Of a stretch of 64,000 nt of DNA, positions 38,664-48,399 are shown one piece after another. How positions within the stretch are numbered: the stretch's first letter is position 1; each line of letters begins with the position of its first letter. The notes beneath the pieces were generated by a model. The model worked only from the letters and a program-made list of their open reading frames with translations, was not told where the DNA came from and did no database searches. The position numbers and the translations under genes are program-made. The stretch is taken from NCBI GenBank assembly GCA_964627765.1, contig CAZVKO010000067.1:21649-85648 (forward strand), read 5' to 3'. This stretch comes from an uncultured Ginsengibacter sp. Lineage in GTDB: Bacteria > Bacteroidota > Bacteroidia > Chitinophagales > Chitinophagaceae.

Positions 38664-41438
38664 TCACAAATGATAACGAACTCCGATAAGATAGGTCTGA
38701 CCAAACTTTTTCTTTTCAACCAGTATCCTGTCATCTCTCTTTGATGCATCCGGCCAAAATTGCTTTTGGTAAGCTGAGGGAGGATACATCATTTCAACAA
38801 TGTCTGCTGTGTTGAGAAGGTTATTGAATTTTGCATACGCTGAAAAATGTTTACCTATATTTTTCTCTCCTGACAGATCTATAATCATCGTTCCCCTTTG
38901 CCAGTAATCCAGGCTTCCATTTGGCGCACCATATTGTGACAGGTACACAATATGACGGCCGGTATAAATCATGGCAAGCTGTAGTTCCAGCCCGGGTTTC
39001 GGGTCTTTATACAAAAAAGAAAGATTTCCGATGTGTGCAGCCTGGCCCTGCAGCGGTCTGTTCTTTGTAAAAAAAGTAACCGTGTCTTTGCCGGGTATAG
39101 CGTAATAATATTTGTAAATGGTGGGAATATTGGAATGTGTATACGTATAGTTAGCTGAGATACCAAATTTGTGAATATAATGAGTGTATACTAATTCTGC
39201 ACCGATGTTTGTGGCAGTACCTACATTTTCAGGTTCAATAACGCTTTCGCTCGTTGCCGGTCTTTCATACACATATTCGATGGGGTCTATAATATTTTTA
39301 TAAAAAATACCAGCCAAAAACTGGTCAGCCACGCCGGGGAATAATTCATATCTGAAATCAATATTATTTGCCTTCACGTGCTTGAGCTTATAATTGCCAA
39401 CCTCTGTATAATATTCTCCCGGGAATACATAAGGCACTATCTCAAAGAAACCAGGCCTGCTGATAGAACCGAAATAGGCGAGGTGCAGGGCCGACTTATT
39501 GTTGAGCTTATATTTTACCTGCAGGCTCGGTAAAGGATCAAGATAGGTAACCGTTCCTGACTTTGCAGGCACACTTTCAGGCAAGGTAACCTGGTCGTAA
39601 GACTGTGAAGTATGCTCAAAACGAATACCTGCCAAAACTGTCCACCGTTGGTGGGAAACCCAGCGCACTTCTCCATAACCTGCTAAAATATCTTCAGTGG
39701 CGTCGTATGTATTCGGGCTCTGTAATGTTCCGGAATTTTTTGGAGTAAAGGGGGCATTTTCAATATTTGTAAATGGCGTATTTGTCGGATAATTGAAGTC
39801 ATATTCATTATAATAATTCGAGCGGTTCTTATGCCTTGCCATTCCGCCAATTCCGATTTCAAGCTGTTGCGAATGAACGGTAAACTTATAATGAAGATTC
39901 AGGTAGCCGCTTATGTCCTGGTCAGAATTGTGTTGCCATATCCGCTGTAATCCTGATAATATCGGATCTCCGTTAGCAACAGGCTTACCGGTAGCGGTAT
40001 CTGTGGTGAATACCTGGGATAATGTAAGCTCAGCACGATCGGGTGCTTTCTGTACAGCACGGGAATACACAGCCGACCAATCAATATTGAAATGATCACT
40101 GACAGCATGCTGACCGTGAAGTGTTGCATTATAAATTGACTGGAACTCCCCCATAGACCGGTATTGGTAATCGACAGCCCCTGTTCCCGGGCCGCTTCGC
40201 AATGTTTGCGAAGAATCTGTTATCAACCGCGACTGATAGTTGTTCAATTGAATAAACACGGTGTAAAAACTCAGTTCGTTTTTATCATTAAACCGGTAAT
40301 CCAGCTTTGCATGAATCCCCATCCGGTCTTCATGGATTGAATAATTTCTTATTTGCTCGTCGGTAAGTTCCGGCTGGGTGGAGTTGGGTATCGGGTCGGG
40401 TTGCGGACTTAATGAAAAAAACAAATCGCTGCTGTTCCTGTTAGTACTTTGATAAGAGCCGCTCAGAATAACGCCAAGCTTCTGGTCTATAAAGCGATTG
40501 CCTATGGTAAAACCTGCCTGACCGTCAGGAAGCGGATGATTTTTGGAGAACGTCAGATTTTTTGTAGAAAAATCACTGTACATAGGTGTATAGCTGTCTC
40601 CGTGTATTTCTGCGGGAGATTTTACATTCACTGCCTTGTGATCATAACTCGTAAAGAGATGATTGAAAAGCATCTGGGAGTACCCCAATGCTGCCTGTGC
40701 ATTTACCTCCAGCTTTTCCGGAGCATCTTTCATCACAAGGTTCATTGCCCCGCCAATAGCATCGCCTTCCATGTCAGGCGTAAGTGACTTCACTACTTCA
40801 AGACGTTGCAGCATTTCCGATGGAAAAAGATCCATCGGCACATAACGGTTTTTATCATCAGGACTTGGAATTTTTATTCCATTCACAAGTGTATAATTGT
40901 ATCGTTTGTCCATTCCCCTGATGACCGGGTATCTTCCTTCGCCTGATGAACCCCTGTCTACTGTTACGCCCGACACTCTTCGCAGCACATTTGCCACCGT
41001 AACATCAGGCATCAGTTGCAGTTGATGGTTCGACAAAATATTCAGCACATTATCTGAAACTTTTTCAATCTGGCGGGCGCTTGCATCGGTATTCCCGGTG
41101 TTTCGCCCTACGATAGTAACGGTGGCAAGATTTCCGGATGAAGGCGTAAGCATTATCGATGAGGGTAACGTAGCAGCATTGTCTGCATTTACATGCAATG
41201 AATACGGATTATAAGAAACACTGCTAATACTCAAAGTGTAGGTTCCGGACCTGATGCCTTTGATCTCAAACGAGCCATCCAAACCTGTCAATGCAGATTT
41301 ATGAACAGAAGAAATTGATACAGTGGCGCCTGTTACGGGTTCAAGAGTTTGCGCATCTATTACGCGCCCTTTTATATTTTGTGCCCATGCAAATGAGGAA
41401 TACATAATAAGGTACAAACAGGCAACTACTTTCCTCAT
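38664..41438 (-). CDS. TonB-dependent outer-membrane receptor with an N-terminal carboxypeptidase-regulatory-like domain
   Basis: Signal peptide, IKGRVIDAQTLEPVTGATVSI, a plug region (...VSGVTVDRGSSGEGRYPVIRGMDKRYN...), and a 924-aa beta-barrel. Confidence 0.9.
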   Translation of the reverse strand: MRKVVACLYLIMYSSFAWAQNIKGRVIDAQTLEPVTGATVSISSVHKSALTGLDGSFEIKGIRSGTYTLSISSVSYNPYSLHVNADNAATLPSSIMLTPSSGNLATVTIVGRNTGNTDASARQIEKVSDNVLNILSNHQLQLMPDVTVANVLRRVSGVTVDRGSSGEGRYPVIRGMDKRYNYTLVNGIKIPSPDDKNRYVPMDLFPSEMLQRLEVVKSLTPDMEGDAIGGAMNLVMKDAPEKLEVNAQAALGYSQMLFNHLFTSYDHKAVNVKSPAEIHGDSYTPMYSDFSTKNLTFSKNHPLPDGQAGFTIGNRFIDQKLGVILSGSYQSTNRNSSDLFFSLSPQPDPIPNSTQPELTDEQIRNYSIHEDRMGIHAKLDYRFNDKNELSFYTVFIQLNNYQSRLITDSSQTLRSGPGTGAVDYQYRSMGEFQSIYNATLHGQHAVSDHFNIDWSAVYSRAVQKAPDRAELTLSQVFTTDTATGKPVANGDPILSGLQRIWQHNSDQDISGYLNLHYKFTVHSQQLEIGIGGMARHKNRSNYYNEYDFNYPTNTPFTNIENAPFTPKNSGTLQSPNTYDATEDILAGYGEVRWVSHQRWTVLAGIRFEHTSQSYDQVTLPESVPAKSGTVTYLDPLPSLQVKYKLNNKSALHLAYFGSISRPGFFEIVPYVFPGEYYTEVGNYKLKHVKANNIDFRYELFPGVADQFLAGIFYKNIIDPIEYVYERPATSESVIEPENVGTATNIGAELVYTHYIHKFGISANYTYTHSNIPTIYKYYYAIPGKDTVTFFTKNRPLQGQAAHIGNLSFLYKDPKPGLELQLAMIYTGRHIVYLSQYGAPNGSLDYWQRGTMIIDLSGEKNIGKHFSAYAKFNNLLNTADIVEMMYPPSAYQKQFWPDASKRDDRILVEKKKFGQTYLIGVRYHL

Positions 41439-41460
41439 GCCACAAAATTGTTCGTCTTTT

Positions 41461-41504
41461 ATTACATAATTGTTACTTAAAGATTACATAATTGTTACTT
41501 AAAG
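41461..41504. repeat. perfect tandem direct repeat, 2 x 22 bp (ATTACATAATTGTTACTTAAAG)
   Basis: Read directly from the sequence. It lies 23-66 bp upstream of the TonB receptor ATG at 41438. Confidence 0.92.
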
Positions 41505-41986
41505 ATGATTTAATTATTATCTAACGCGCGGAATAATTATTAAAAAAAATGGAATGCAGTCATTAACGCTGCTTATGAGGGCCAAAGTGATAATTTGTAA
41601 GTTAATATCCCCTATACGTCCCAATTTTCTATAGTTAAAAGCAATCTGAATACCTGGTCTGATGTCGCTACTGATAGTTTTTCTGTTTATGGAAGCACTG
41701 CGGCATCTCGGATGATTAAGTTTAGCGCCTTGTTCTATAAAAATATGGCTGCTTAGCCGGTATACAGGTTCGCCGCAGCCAACAAGAGGTGTAACTTGTT
41801 TTTCTCCAGGAGTATTGTCATTGATGCTGCAAAACTTGCTATAGATTCTGAATTTGAAACCGCAAAAAAGTCTCTTAATGTAGCGATATTATCATTGGGC
41901 AATTTGTCTCAACTCCTATATAGTTACCCAAAATTATTTTACAGAAAGAAGTTATAGGATATAGGTCCGGAAGTCAAACAGGAAAC

Positions 41987-42331
41987 TTACGTCTTACTTT
42001 GCTTTTTCATCCGGTTTACTACTTCAAGATCACCTGAAGATAAAGACTCCCACCATTCATCGGTAACATCTTCGAGGCGGTATTCTGTATCGATATCATA
42101 ATCACCATTCTTATCTATTTCGTAAAAACAGTTGTTGAGCGTATCGAGCACGCTGTTTACCGATTTAAGCTCTACAAAGAAAAGACGGCTTATAATTTTC
42201 TTATTGGCTTGCTGCTCCAGTATCTCCACGCGTTTTTCGAGAGTATTTATTTTATCATCGCGCCATGCAAGAAATATTACGGCTATTACAATTACCAGTA
42301 TAAAGGCTATAATTATTATTGTTGTTGACAT
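41987..42331 (-). CDS. hypothetical single-pass membrane protein (114 aa)
   Basis: N-terminal TM helix (TTIIIIAFILVIVIAVIFLAW), a short coiled-coil-like segment and an acidic C-domain. Confidence 0.45.
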   Translation of the reverse strand: MSTTIIIIAFILVIVIAVIFLAWRDDKINTLEKRVEILEQQANKKIISRLFFVELKSVNSVLDTLNNCFYEIDKNGDYDIDTEYRLEDVTDEWWESLSSGDLEVVNRMKKQSKT

Positions 42332-42406
42332 CGGCTTATATTCTTCTGTTCAATCAGTTCAAGTTATATTATTTTCTTTACATGCACCACGATACTTTCA
42401 TCGTTT

Positions 42407-42438
42407 AAAAAAGCCTTTCATTGTCATGAAAAGGCTTT
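42407..42438 (-). terminator. rho-independent terminator after nhaA
   Basis: AGCCTTT(T)CAT / ATGAAAGGCT stem with one bulge. On the minus strand it is followed by TTTTTT. Confidence 0.55.
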
Positions 42439-42459
42439 AGTTTCCAGCGGGAAATTATT

Positions 42460-43671
42460 TTATCCTACCACAAGGTCGGGCCGCAAAACGACCGGTTCTT
42501 TTTTGAAAGTGGGTCTTGTGGTAGTTTTATCAATTGCTCTGAAATACATCCAGCTCAGTATCATTGACAATATCATAGCAGCGAGTATAGATATTTTGGC
42601 TATATCGCGAAAGACCTCGTCATGAAATGCAAGCGTTGTAGTAAAAATAGACATGGTAAAACCAATACCTGCCAGCGAACCAATGCCGAGCAATTGCCGG
42701 AGATTGGTATTGGCAGGCAGCCTGCCTAATCCCAATGATATCATTATCCGGCTAAAACTAAAAATGCCTATAGGCTTCCCGATTACCAGCCCCACAACAA
42801 TACCTATGCTGATAGGGTTGTTGATAGCGGCTGAAAAATCTGTTGGTATTGCAATAGCCGTATTGGCCAGCGCAAACAAAGGCAGTATAATGAAACTTAC
42901 AAACCTGCTAATAGTGAGTTCAAATTTCGGCAGCGTATTTACGGGAATAGTAAGCGCTATCAATACTCCCGATATGCTTGCTTCCACACCGGAGTTTAAA
43001 ATCAAATACCAGAGCATAAGAGAAAGAATGACCTGCACCGGGCCCTGCTTTATTTTGAAGTAGTTTACCAGCCAGATGAATCCATATACAATTCCGCCCG
43101 CGAGCAGGAATATCCATTTTATTTCATTTCCGTAAAAAAGGGCAATCACTACTATTGCGCCCAGGTCATCAATAATGGCAAGGGCCATTAAAAAAATCTT
43201 TAAGCCTTGCGGCACTCTTTTGCCAAACAAAGAAGCAATACCAATGGAAAATGCAATATCTGTAGCCGTGGGTATTCCCCATCCATGCGAGTAAGCAGTA
43301 GTAACATTAAATGATGAATAGATTAATGCAGGTACTATCATGCCGCCCAGCGCTGCGCCCAATGGCATAATGGCCTTTTTGAAATGAGACAACTCACCAA
43401 TAGTGAGTTCCCTTTTAATTTCCATCCCGGCAAACAGAAAGAATATCGCCATCAGGAAATCATTAATCCATTTTAAAGCAGAATGAGGCAGATGTATTGA
43501 AAAAGGGTAATGAATTTCGGTATTCCAGATACCTCTATACCACTCGCCGGCTCCTGTGTTTGAAAGCAGCAGCGATACAGCAGTGCAGGCAAGCAGCAGC
43601 ATACCGGTAAACCGGCTGTCTGCAATGATTACCTTCAGAGGGCTTATCGCTTTTTGAATAAATTTTGTCAA
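42460..43671 (-). CDS. nhaA: Na+/H+ antiporter NhaA
   Basis: 403-aa polytopic protein with FFLFAGMEIKRE and LAIIDDLGAIVVIALFY (the Asp pair). Confidence 0.9.
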   Translation of the reverse strand: MTKFIQKAISPLKVIIADSRFTGMLLLACTAVSLLLSNTGAGEWYRGIWNTEIHYPFSIHLPHSALKWINDFLMAIFFLFAGMEIKRELTIGELSHFKKAIMPLGAALGGMIVPALIYSSFNVTTAYSHGWGIPTATDIAFSIGIASLFGKRVPQGLKIFLMALAIIDDLGAIVVIALFYGNEIKWIFLLAGGIVYGFIWLVNYFKIKQGPVQVILSLMLWYLILNSGVEASISGVLIALTIPVNTLPKFELTISRFVSFIILPLFALANTAIAIPTDFSAAINNPISIGIVVGLVIGKPIGIFSFSRIMISLGLGRLPANTNLRQLLGIGSLAGIGFTMSIFTTTLAFHDEVFRDIAKISILAAMILSMILSWMYFRAIDKTTTRPTFKKEPVVLRPDLVVG

Positions 43672-43685
43672 GGTAACAGGATTAT

Positions 43686-43719
43686 TTAAAAATCCGGAAG
43701 CACCTGATGTGCTTCCGGA
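43686..43719 (-). terminator. rho-independent terminator after the ammonium transporter gene
   Basis: TCCGGAAGCAC-ctgat-GTGCTTCCGGA (11-bp stem), followed on the minus strand by TTTTTA. Confidence 0.7.
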
Positions 43720-43729
43720 AAAGTTACTA

Positions 43730-45256
43730 TTAATCTACATACCCATGTACCCCCATTTCGGGTATATCCAAACCAGCCTGTTCATCTGCAGCATCCGATC
43801 TGAGACCGATAGGTGTGGCTTTACATATCTTAAAGAAGGTATACATAACAATAAAAACAAAAACAAAGCAAGTAAGCCCCCCAATTAATTCAGCAAAAAA
43901 TTGACCTGCATCCCCATAAAATAAACCTTTTACAGTGCCGGGCACTCCATTCCATCCATCACCATATTTTCCATCAGCAAATAATCCTAAAGAAAGAACA
44001 CCCCAAAATCCATTTACACCGTGTACCGCAACAGCACCTACAGGGTCATCAATCTTCAATTTCCTATCCATAAAATTATACCATGCAACTACCAATATTC
44101 CGGATACTGCGCCTATTATAATAGCAGAGAGGGAGGTAACAAAAGCACAGGGAGCCGTAATAGCAACAAGGCCGGCAAGCATACCATTTGCCATCATTCC
44201 GGGATCCCATTTTTTTGTGGTCGCTTTTACATAAAGAGTTGCCAAAAGAGTACCTGATGCACTTGCCAGCATAGTATTAACTGCAACAATTGAAATACGA
44301 AGATCGGTACCGGCGAGAGTAGAGCCAGGATTGAAACCAAACCAACCGAAAGCAAGAATAAAAGTACCCAGTAAGGCCATGGGTATATTATGTGCTGGTA
44401 TAGTATTGACAGACCCATCTTTACCATATTTACCGATACGGGGTCCTATTACAATGGCCCCTGCCAATGCCGCTACCCCGCCTACTTCATGCACAACTGA
44501 AGAACCTGCAAAATCAACATGACCATGACCTAATCCAAAGTTCACTCCTAATTGAGAAAGCCATCCACCGCCCCAAACCCAGTTGCCAAAAATAGGGTAG
44601 ACAAACATTGATATGAAAAATCCAAATACAATAAATGATTTAAATTTCCACCTTTCTGCCATAGCCCCTGTGGGGATAGTGGCGGTGGTATCCATAAATA
44701 CCATCTGGAAAAGGAAAAGCGTGAATACGCCCACATCATAAACACTGCTGTTCAGGAAATATCCTGCAGCCCCAATAACACCAAAATCTTTACCAAACAA
44801 ATGCCAGACAATTTCGTGGCTCGATGCTACTCCTCCGCCAAGAGTAGCCGGATTCAATGCGCCGCCAAACATAAATGCAAAGCCGCAAATCCAAAAACCA
44901 AGCAAGCCCAATATATACACCAGAAAATTCATCGCCATGGTATGCGCTACGTTTTTCTTCTGAGTAAACCCAGTTTCTACCAAAGCGAAACCTGCCTGCA
45001 TAAACATTACAAGGAATCCTGTAATGAGGGTCCACATAATGTTGATGGCAATTTTGTTGTGACCTGCCTGGTCACCTATTTCCTGTAAGGTGGGCTTACC
45101 GGCAGTGGCCGCTGTTACATCATTGATAGTACCCGTCCTGGTTCCTGCAGCATCCTGCGCTATCGAAGGCAGTGCTATCAGAACAAGCGCCATGAGCATT
45201 ACAGGAATTAATACCCTAAATGCCCTTTTGTTAAAAAGTTTTTCAGTTAATCTCAT
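43730..45256 (-). CDS. amt: ammonium transporter (Amt family) with signal peptide
   Basis: FMQAGFALVETG, DFAGSSVVH, and VHGVNGFWGVLSLGLFA. Confidence 0.92.
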   Translation of the reverse strand: MRLTEKLFNKRAFRVLIPVMLMALVLIALPSIAQDAAGTRTGTINDVTAATAGKPTLQEIGDQAGHNKIAINIMWTLITGFLVMFMQAGFALVETGFTQKKNVAHTMAMNFLVYILGLLGFWICGFAFMFGGALNPATLGGGVASSHEIVWHLFGKDFGVIGAAGYFLNSSVYDVGVFTLFLFQMVFMDTTATIPTGAMAERWKFKSFIVFGFFISMFVYPIFGNWVWGGGWLSQLGVNFGLGHGHVDFAGSSVVHEVGGVAALAGAIVIGPRIGKYGKDGSVNTIPAHNIPMALLGTFILAFGWFGFNPGSTLAGTDLRISIVAVNTMLASASGTLLATLYVKATTKKWDPGMMANGMLAGLVAITAPCAFVTSLSAIIIGAVSGILVVAWYNFMDRKLKIDDPVGAVAVHGVNGFWGVLSLGLFADGKYGDGWNGVPGTVKGLFYGDAGQFFAELIGGLTCFVFVFIVMYTFFKICKATPIGLRSDAADEQAGLDIPEMGVHGYVD

Positions 45257-45306
45257 TTTGTTAAGGTTTTTGTTGTGTGTTATAAATTGTTTAGATTTTA
45301 AAAAAG

Positions 45307-46368
45307 TTAGAAATGATAGGTTGCAGCCAGTAAAGCGGTAACGGTTGATTGGGTGCCTGTGCCGTCAGTTTTACTAAAAATTTCTTTTTGAGCAGCGTCT
45401 AACCTCAATTCAGGAATAATGGTGAGATTGTTAATGCGGATGTTCGGAGACAAGGTTACATCGAAGATGCTGGTGCCGGTTCCAAAAACAATGGCATGGT
45501 CATCATTGAAGTACTCGCCTCTGAGCGTGATGCCAAATATGGTAGTGGGATCGAGGTTGAGATATACAGCAGAGCCCCACCAGCTATTGGAAGTGCCGCC
45601 TTTGGGTTCATACATCTGCACGGTACCGTTATAACCAACGCTGAATTTATCGGTTACTGTTCCGGTCAATACCACATCAAACTGTGTTTTTGAAAAAGCA
45701 TAATTGTATGATCCCTGGTAATTGAGATATACTTTCACCTTATCATTTTTGGTAGCGGTGCTATACTGGGCTATCAGGTATTTGGGAGAAGCGGTAGTAG
45801 TTACATTATCTGTTTCGTTGGCAACTCCCAGCATTAAAGCGCTTTTCTTTCCGGTGGCGATTTGAACTTTCAGGCCCGTATGAGAAAATGGCCCGTAAGA
45901 AAACATGTAGTCCATGCTATAGTTGCGGTTCAGATAAGCATCGGTCACTTCGTAGCCTACGTGTGTGGCCCATTTACCCAATGTAAACGTTACTTTATCA
46001 CTCACCGCATAATTGAGGTATGCCTGCTTTACTGCAAAAAGAGTTGGATGATCGGGATTGGCATAAGAAAATTCTTCTGCCCTGCGGCCAAATCCGAGGT
46101 CGATGGTGGCAGAAGCTTTACCAAAAGAATGATCGGCACGAATGCTGGCCATGCCCAGCTCGAATGAGTTTTGTGAATTGGTAAAGCTTGTGTAATTATT
46201 ATACACTCCTTGAGGCGGGTCATTGAAATTGAACCTGTAGTACCCGTCTACAGAACCGGTAATGGTAGGAGCGGGTGACGTGGGTGCAGGTTTTGTAGTA
46301 TCTGATTGCCCGTACGAGAAAATAAAAGCTACAATTGCCGTGAATACTAAGAAAATTTTTCTTAACAT
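45307..46368 (-). CDS. outer-membrane porin-like beta-barrel co-located with amt
   Basis: Signal peptide, alternating strand pattern and a C-terminal ...LLAATYHF. It lies 50 bp upstream of amt. Confidence 0.68.
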   Translation of the reverse strand: MLRKIFLVFTAIVAFIFSYGQSDTTKPAPTSPAPTITGSVDGYYRFNFNDPPQGVYNNYTSFTNSQNSFELGMASIRADHSFGKASATIDLGFGRRAEEFSYANPDHPTLFAVKQAYLNYAVSDKVTFTLGKWATHVGYEVTDAYLNRNYSMDYMFSYGPFSHTGLKVQIATGKKSALMLGVANETDNVTTTASPKYLIAQYSTATKNDKVKVYLNYQGSYNYAFSKTQFDVVLTGTVTDKFSVGYNGTVQMYEPKGGTSNSWWGSAVYLNLDPTTIFGITLRGEYFNDDHAIVFGTGTSIFDVTLSPNIRINNLTIIPELRLDAAQKEIFSKTDGTGTQSTVTALLAATYHF

Positions 46369-46452
46369 TGTTTTAGATTTAAAGATTAATAATGAAAGGG
46401 GTTTAACTAATTGACTTTTGCCGAAGTTGAAACCAGTTAAACTCCTTTCCTT

Positions 46453-46468
46453 TTGGTGATATCACCAA
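46453..46468. promoter_or_regulatory. perfect 16-bp palindrome TTGGTGAT|ATCACCAA upstream of the porin-amt genes
   Basis: Read directly from the sequence. It lies about 85-100 bp upstream of the porin ATG at 46368. Confidence 0.4.
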
Positions 46469-46887
46469 TAATTTTTACCAGGCAACGTATTTCTATTCTG
46501 TTTTCATTGCGCAAGACATTTGAGATTCTTACCATACTGATCGTGAAAGACCAGGACGCAGGGTTTTGGATTTTCAGGGTACGTAAAAGACTAAATAAAA
46601 TTTAATGATAATATATTATTATCGTATCTATTAACAATAAATAATCACTTTCATTCATCAAACATATTGAATTTTTGCAAAAATAAATATAACTATACAA
46701 ATATTTTTTTTAATAATGTAAATATATTTTTATAAAATATACATTGATTATAAGCATATTAATTCAATAACTAACAATGATATAAATTTTGTGTTGATAA
46801 ATATATTTTATATATTATATTAAATAATAATATAAATAACATAAGAATGACTTGCCAGTATTTAAATACAGTCATGGAGTTGATCCG

Positions 46888-48360
46888 TTACAGTTCGTGT
46901 AAAATATTCTGATCTTTTGATTCAAGCAGAGAGCTGCCCATAAGATACTCATCTACCTTACGGGCGCATTCGCGCCCTTCAGAAATGGCCCACACCACCA
47001 GGGATTGGCCACGGCGCATATCACCAGCCGAGAATATTTTGGAGATATTAGTATGATAGGATTTTTCAGACGCTCTAACATTGCCACGCTCATCCAGCTC
47101 CACATCGAGCTGTTCGAGCAGACCTTCGTACTGCGGATGAACGAAACCCATAGCAAGCAGCGCCAGCCCGCAGGGAATTTCGGTTTCTGAACCGGGAATT
47201 TCGGTAAATTTTGAAGGCCGCTTATCAGGGGTGAACTCCCATTCAAGGCTCACCACTTTTAAAGCTTTCAGATTACCATTGCTATCACCCACAAATTCCT
47301 TTGTGGCAACTGCCCATTGCCGCTGCACGCCTTCTTCATGTGAGCTGGTGGTTTTTAACAGCATCGGGTAAGATGGCCATGGCATAAAGGGGGTTCGGAA
47401 TTCGGGTGGCATTGGCATCAATTCAAATTGGGTAACCGACCTTGCCTTTTGCCGGTTGGAAGTGCCCACACAGTCGCTGCCGGTATCGCCGCCTCCAATT
47501 ACAATTACATTTTTACCATCAGCAGTTATTGCCCCGGCATCTATGTTTTTGCCGGCAACTCTTTTGTTTTGCTGCTTCAAAAAATCCATTGCAAAGTGAA
47601 CGCCTTTCAAATCTCTTCCGGGAATATCCAGGTTTCTCGGAATCGTCGCCCCTCCTGCAAGAACAATAGCGTGATACTCCCTCAGCAGATCATTCACGCC
47701 TACATCTACCCCTACATTGGAATTACATTTAAAAAATACACCTTCTTCTTTCATCAGGTTGACTCTTCTTTCTACCACCCATTTTTCCAGCTTAAAATCA
47801 GGAATGCCATATCGCAGCAAACCGCCCGGCTCATCGTCTCTTTCAAAAACCGTTACCAGGTGGCCGGCATAATTCAATTGCGCAGCGGCAGCAAGACCTG
47901 CGGGGCCGGAACCGACCACGGCAATCTTTTTACCGGTTCTTATATTGGGTTTCCTGGGCTGAACAAAGCCATTGTCAAAAGCAATTTCAATTATGTGCCT
48001 TTCAATTTCTTCAATAGTAACGGCCGGTTGATTAATTCCTAAAACACATGCCGTCTCACAGGGTGCAGGACAAATTCTTCCTGTAAATTCCGGGAAATTG
48101 TTGGTGGAACTAAGAATATCATAAGCTTCTTTCCACGCTTTACGATACACTGCATCATTAAACTCCGGAATCACATTGCCTAACGGGCATCCATTGTGAC
48201 AAAAGGGAATGCCACAGTTCATACACCTTGCAGATTGCCGGTACAGTTGTTCGTCTGAAAAGCGTTCTACGAATTCTTTATAATCCTTAATCCGCTCCTG
48301 TGGCGGACGCTTATGAGGCAGCTCACGTGTAAATTCTAAAAAACCGGTTGGTTTGCCCAT
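46888..48360 (-). CDS. gltD: glutamate synthase (NADPH) small subunit
   Basis: CMNCGIPFCH...CPLGN Fe-S motifs and VAVVGSGPAGLAAA. It lies immediately downstream of gltB. Confidence 0.92.
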   Translation of the reverse strand: MGKPTGFLEFTRELPHKRPPQERIKDYKEFVERFSDEQLYRQSARCMNCGIPFCHNGCPLGNVIPEFNDAVYRKAWKEAYDILSSTNNFPEFTGRICPAPCETACVLGINQPAVTIEEIERHIIEIAFDNGFVQPRKPNIRTGKKIAVVGSGPAGLAAAAQLNYAGHLVTVFERDDEPGGLLRYGIPDFKLEKWVVERRVNLMKEEGVFFKCNSNVGVDVGVNDLLREYHAIVLAGGATIPRNLDIPGRDLKGVHFAMDFLKQQNKRVAGKNIDAGAITADGKNVIVIGGGDTGSDCVGTSNRQKARSVTQFELMPMPPEFRTPFMPWPSYPMLLKTTSSHEEGVQRQWAVATKEFVGDSNGNLKALKVVSLEWEFTPDKRPSKFTEIPGSETEIPCGLALLAMGFVHPQYEGLLEQLDVELDERGNVRASEKSYHTNISKIFSAGDMRRGQSLVVWAISEGRECARKVDEYLMGSSLLESKDQNILHEL

Positions 48361-48399
48361 TCAATTGTATTAATCGCGTAATGAAAATGTTCCTGTTCG

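Noticed and set aside
46585-46850. AT-rich tract as a replication origin or a prophage/island junction
   Set aside because: I saw no DnaA-box-like TTATCCACA repeats and no dnaA, dnaN, tRNA, integrase or direct-repeat boundaries. The flanking genes are core nitrogen metabolism. A promoter-architecture role is more parsimonious.
47428-48042. 204-aa plus-strand ORF, and similar long antisense ORFs at 30237-30785, 16516-16950, 2413-2805, 42653-43063 and 52453-52896
   Set aside because: Each lies fully inside, and antisense to, a gene with unmistakable family motifs: gltD, the PLP enzyme, the lipoprotein, ccoI, nhaA and gltB. These are shadow ORFs with odd composition.
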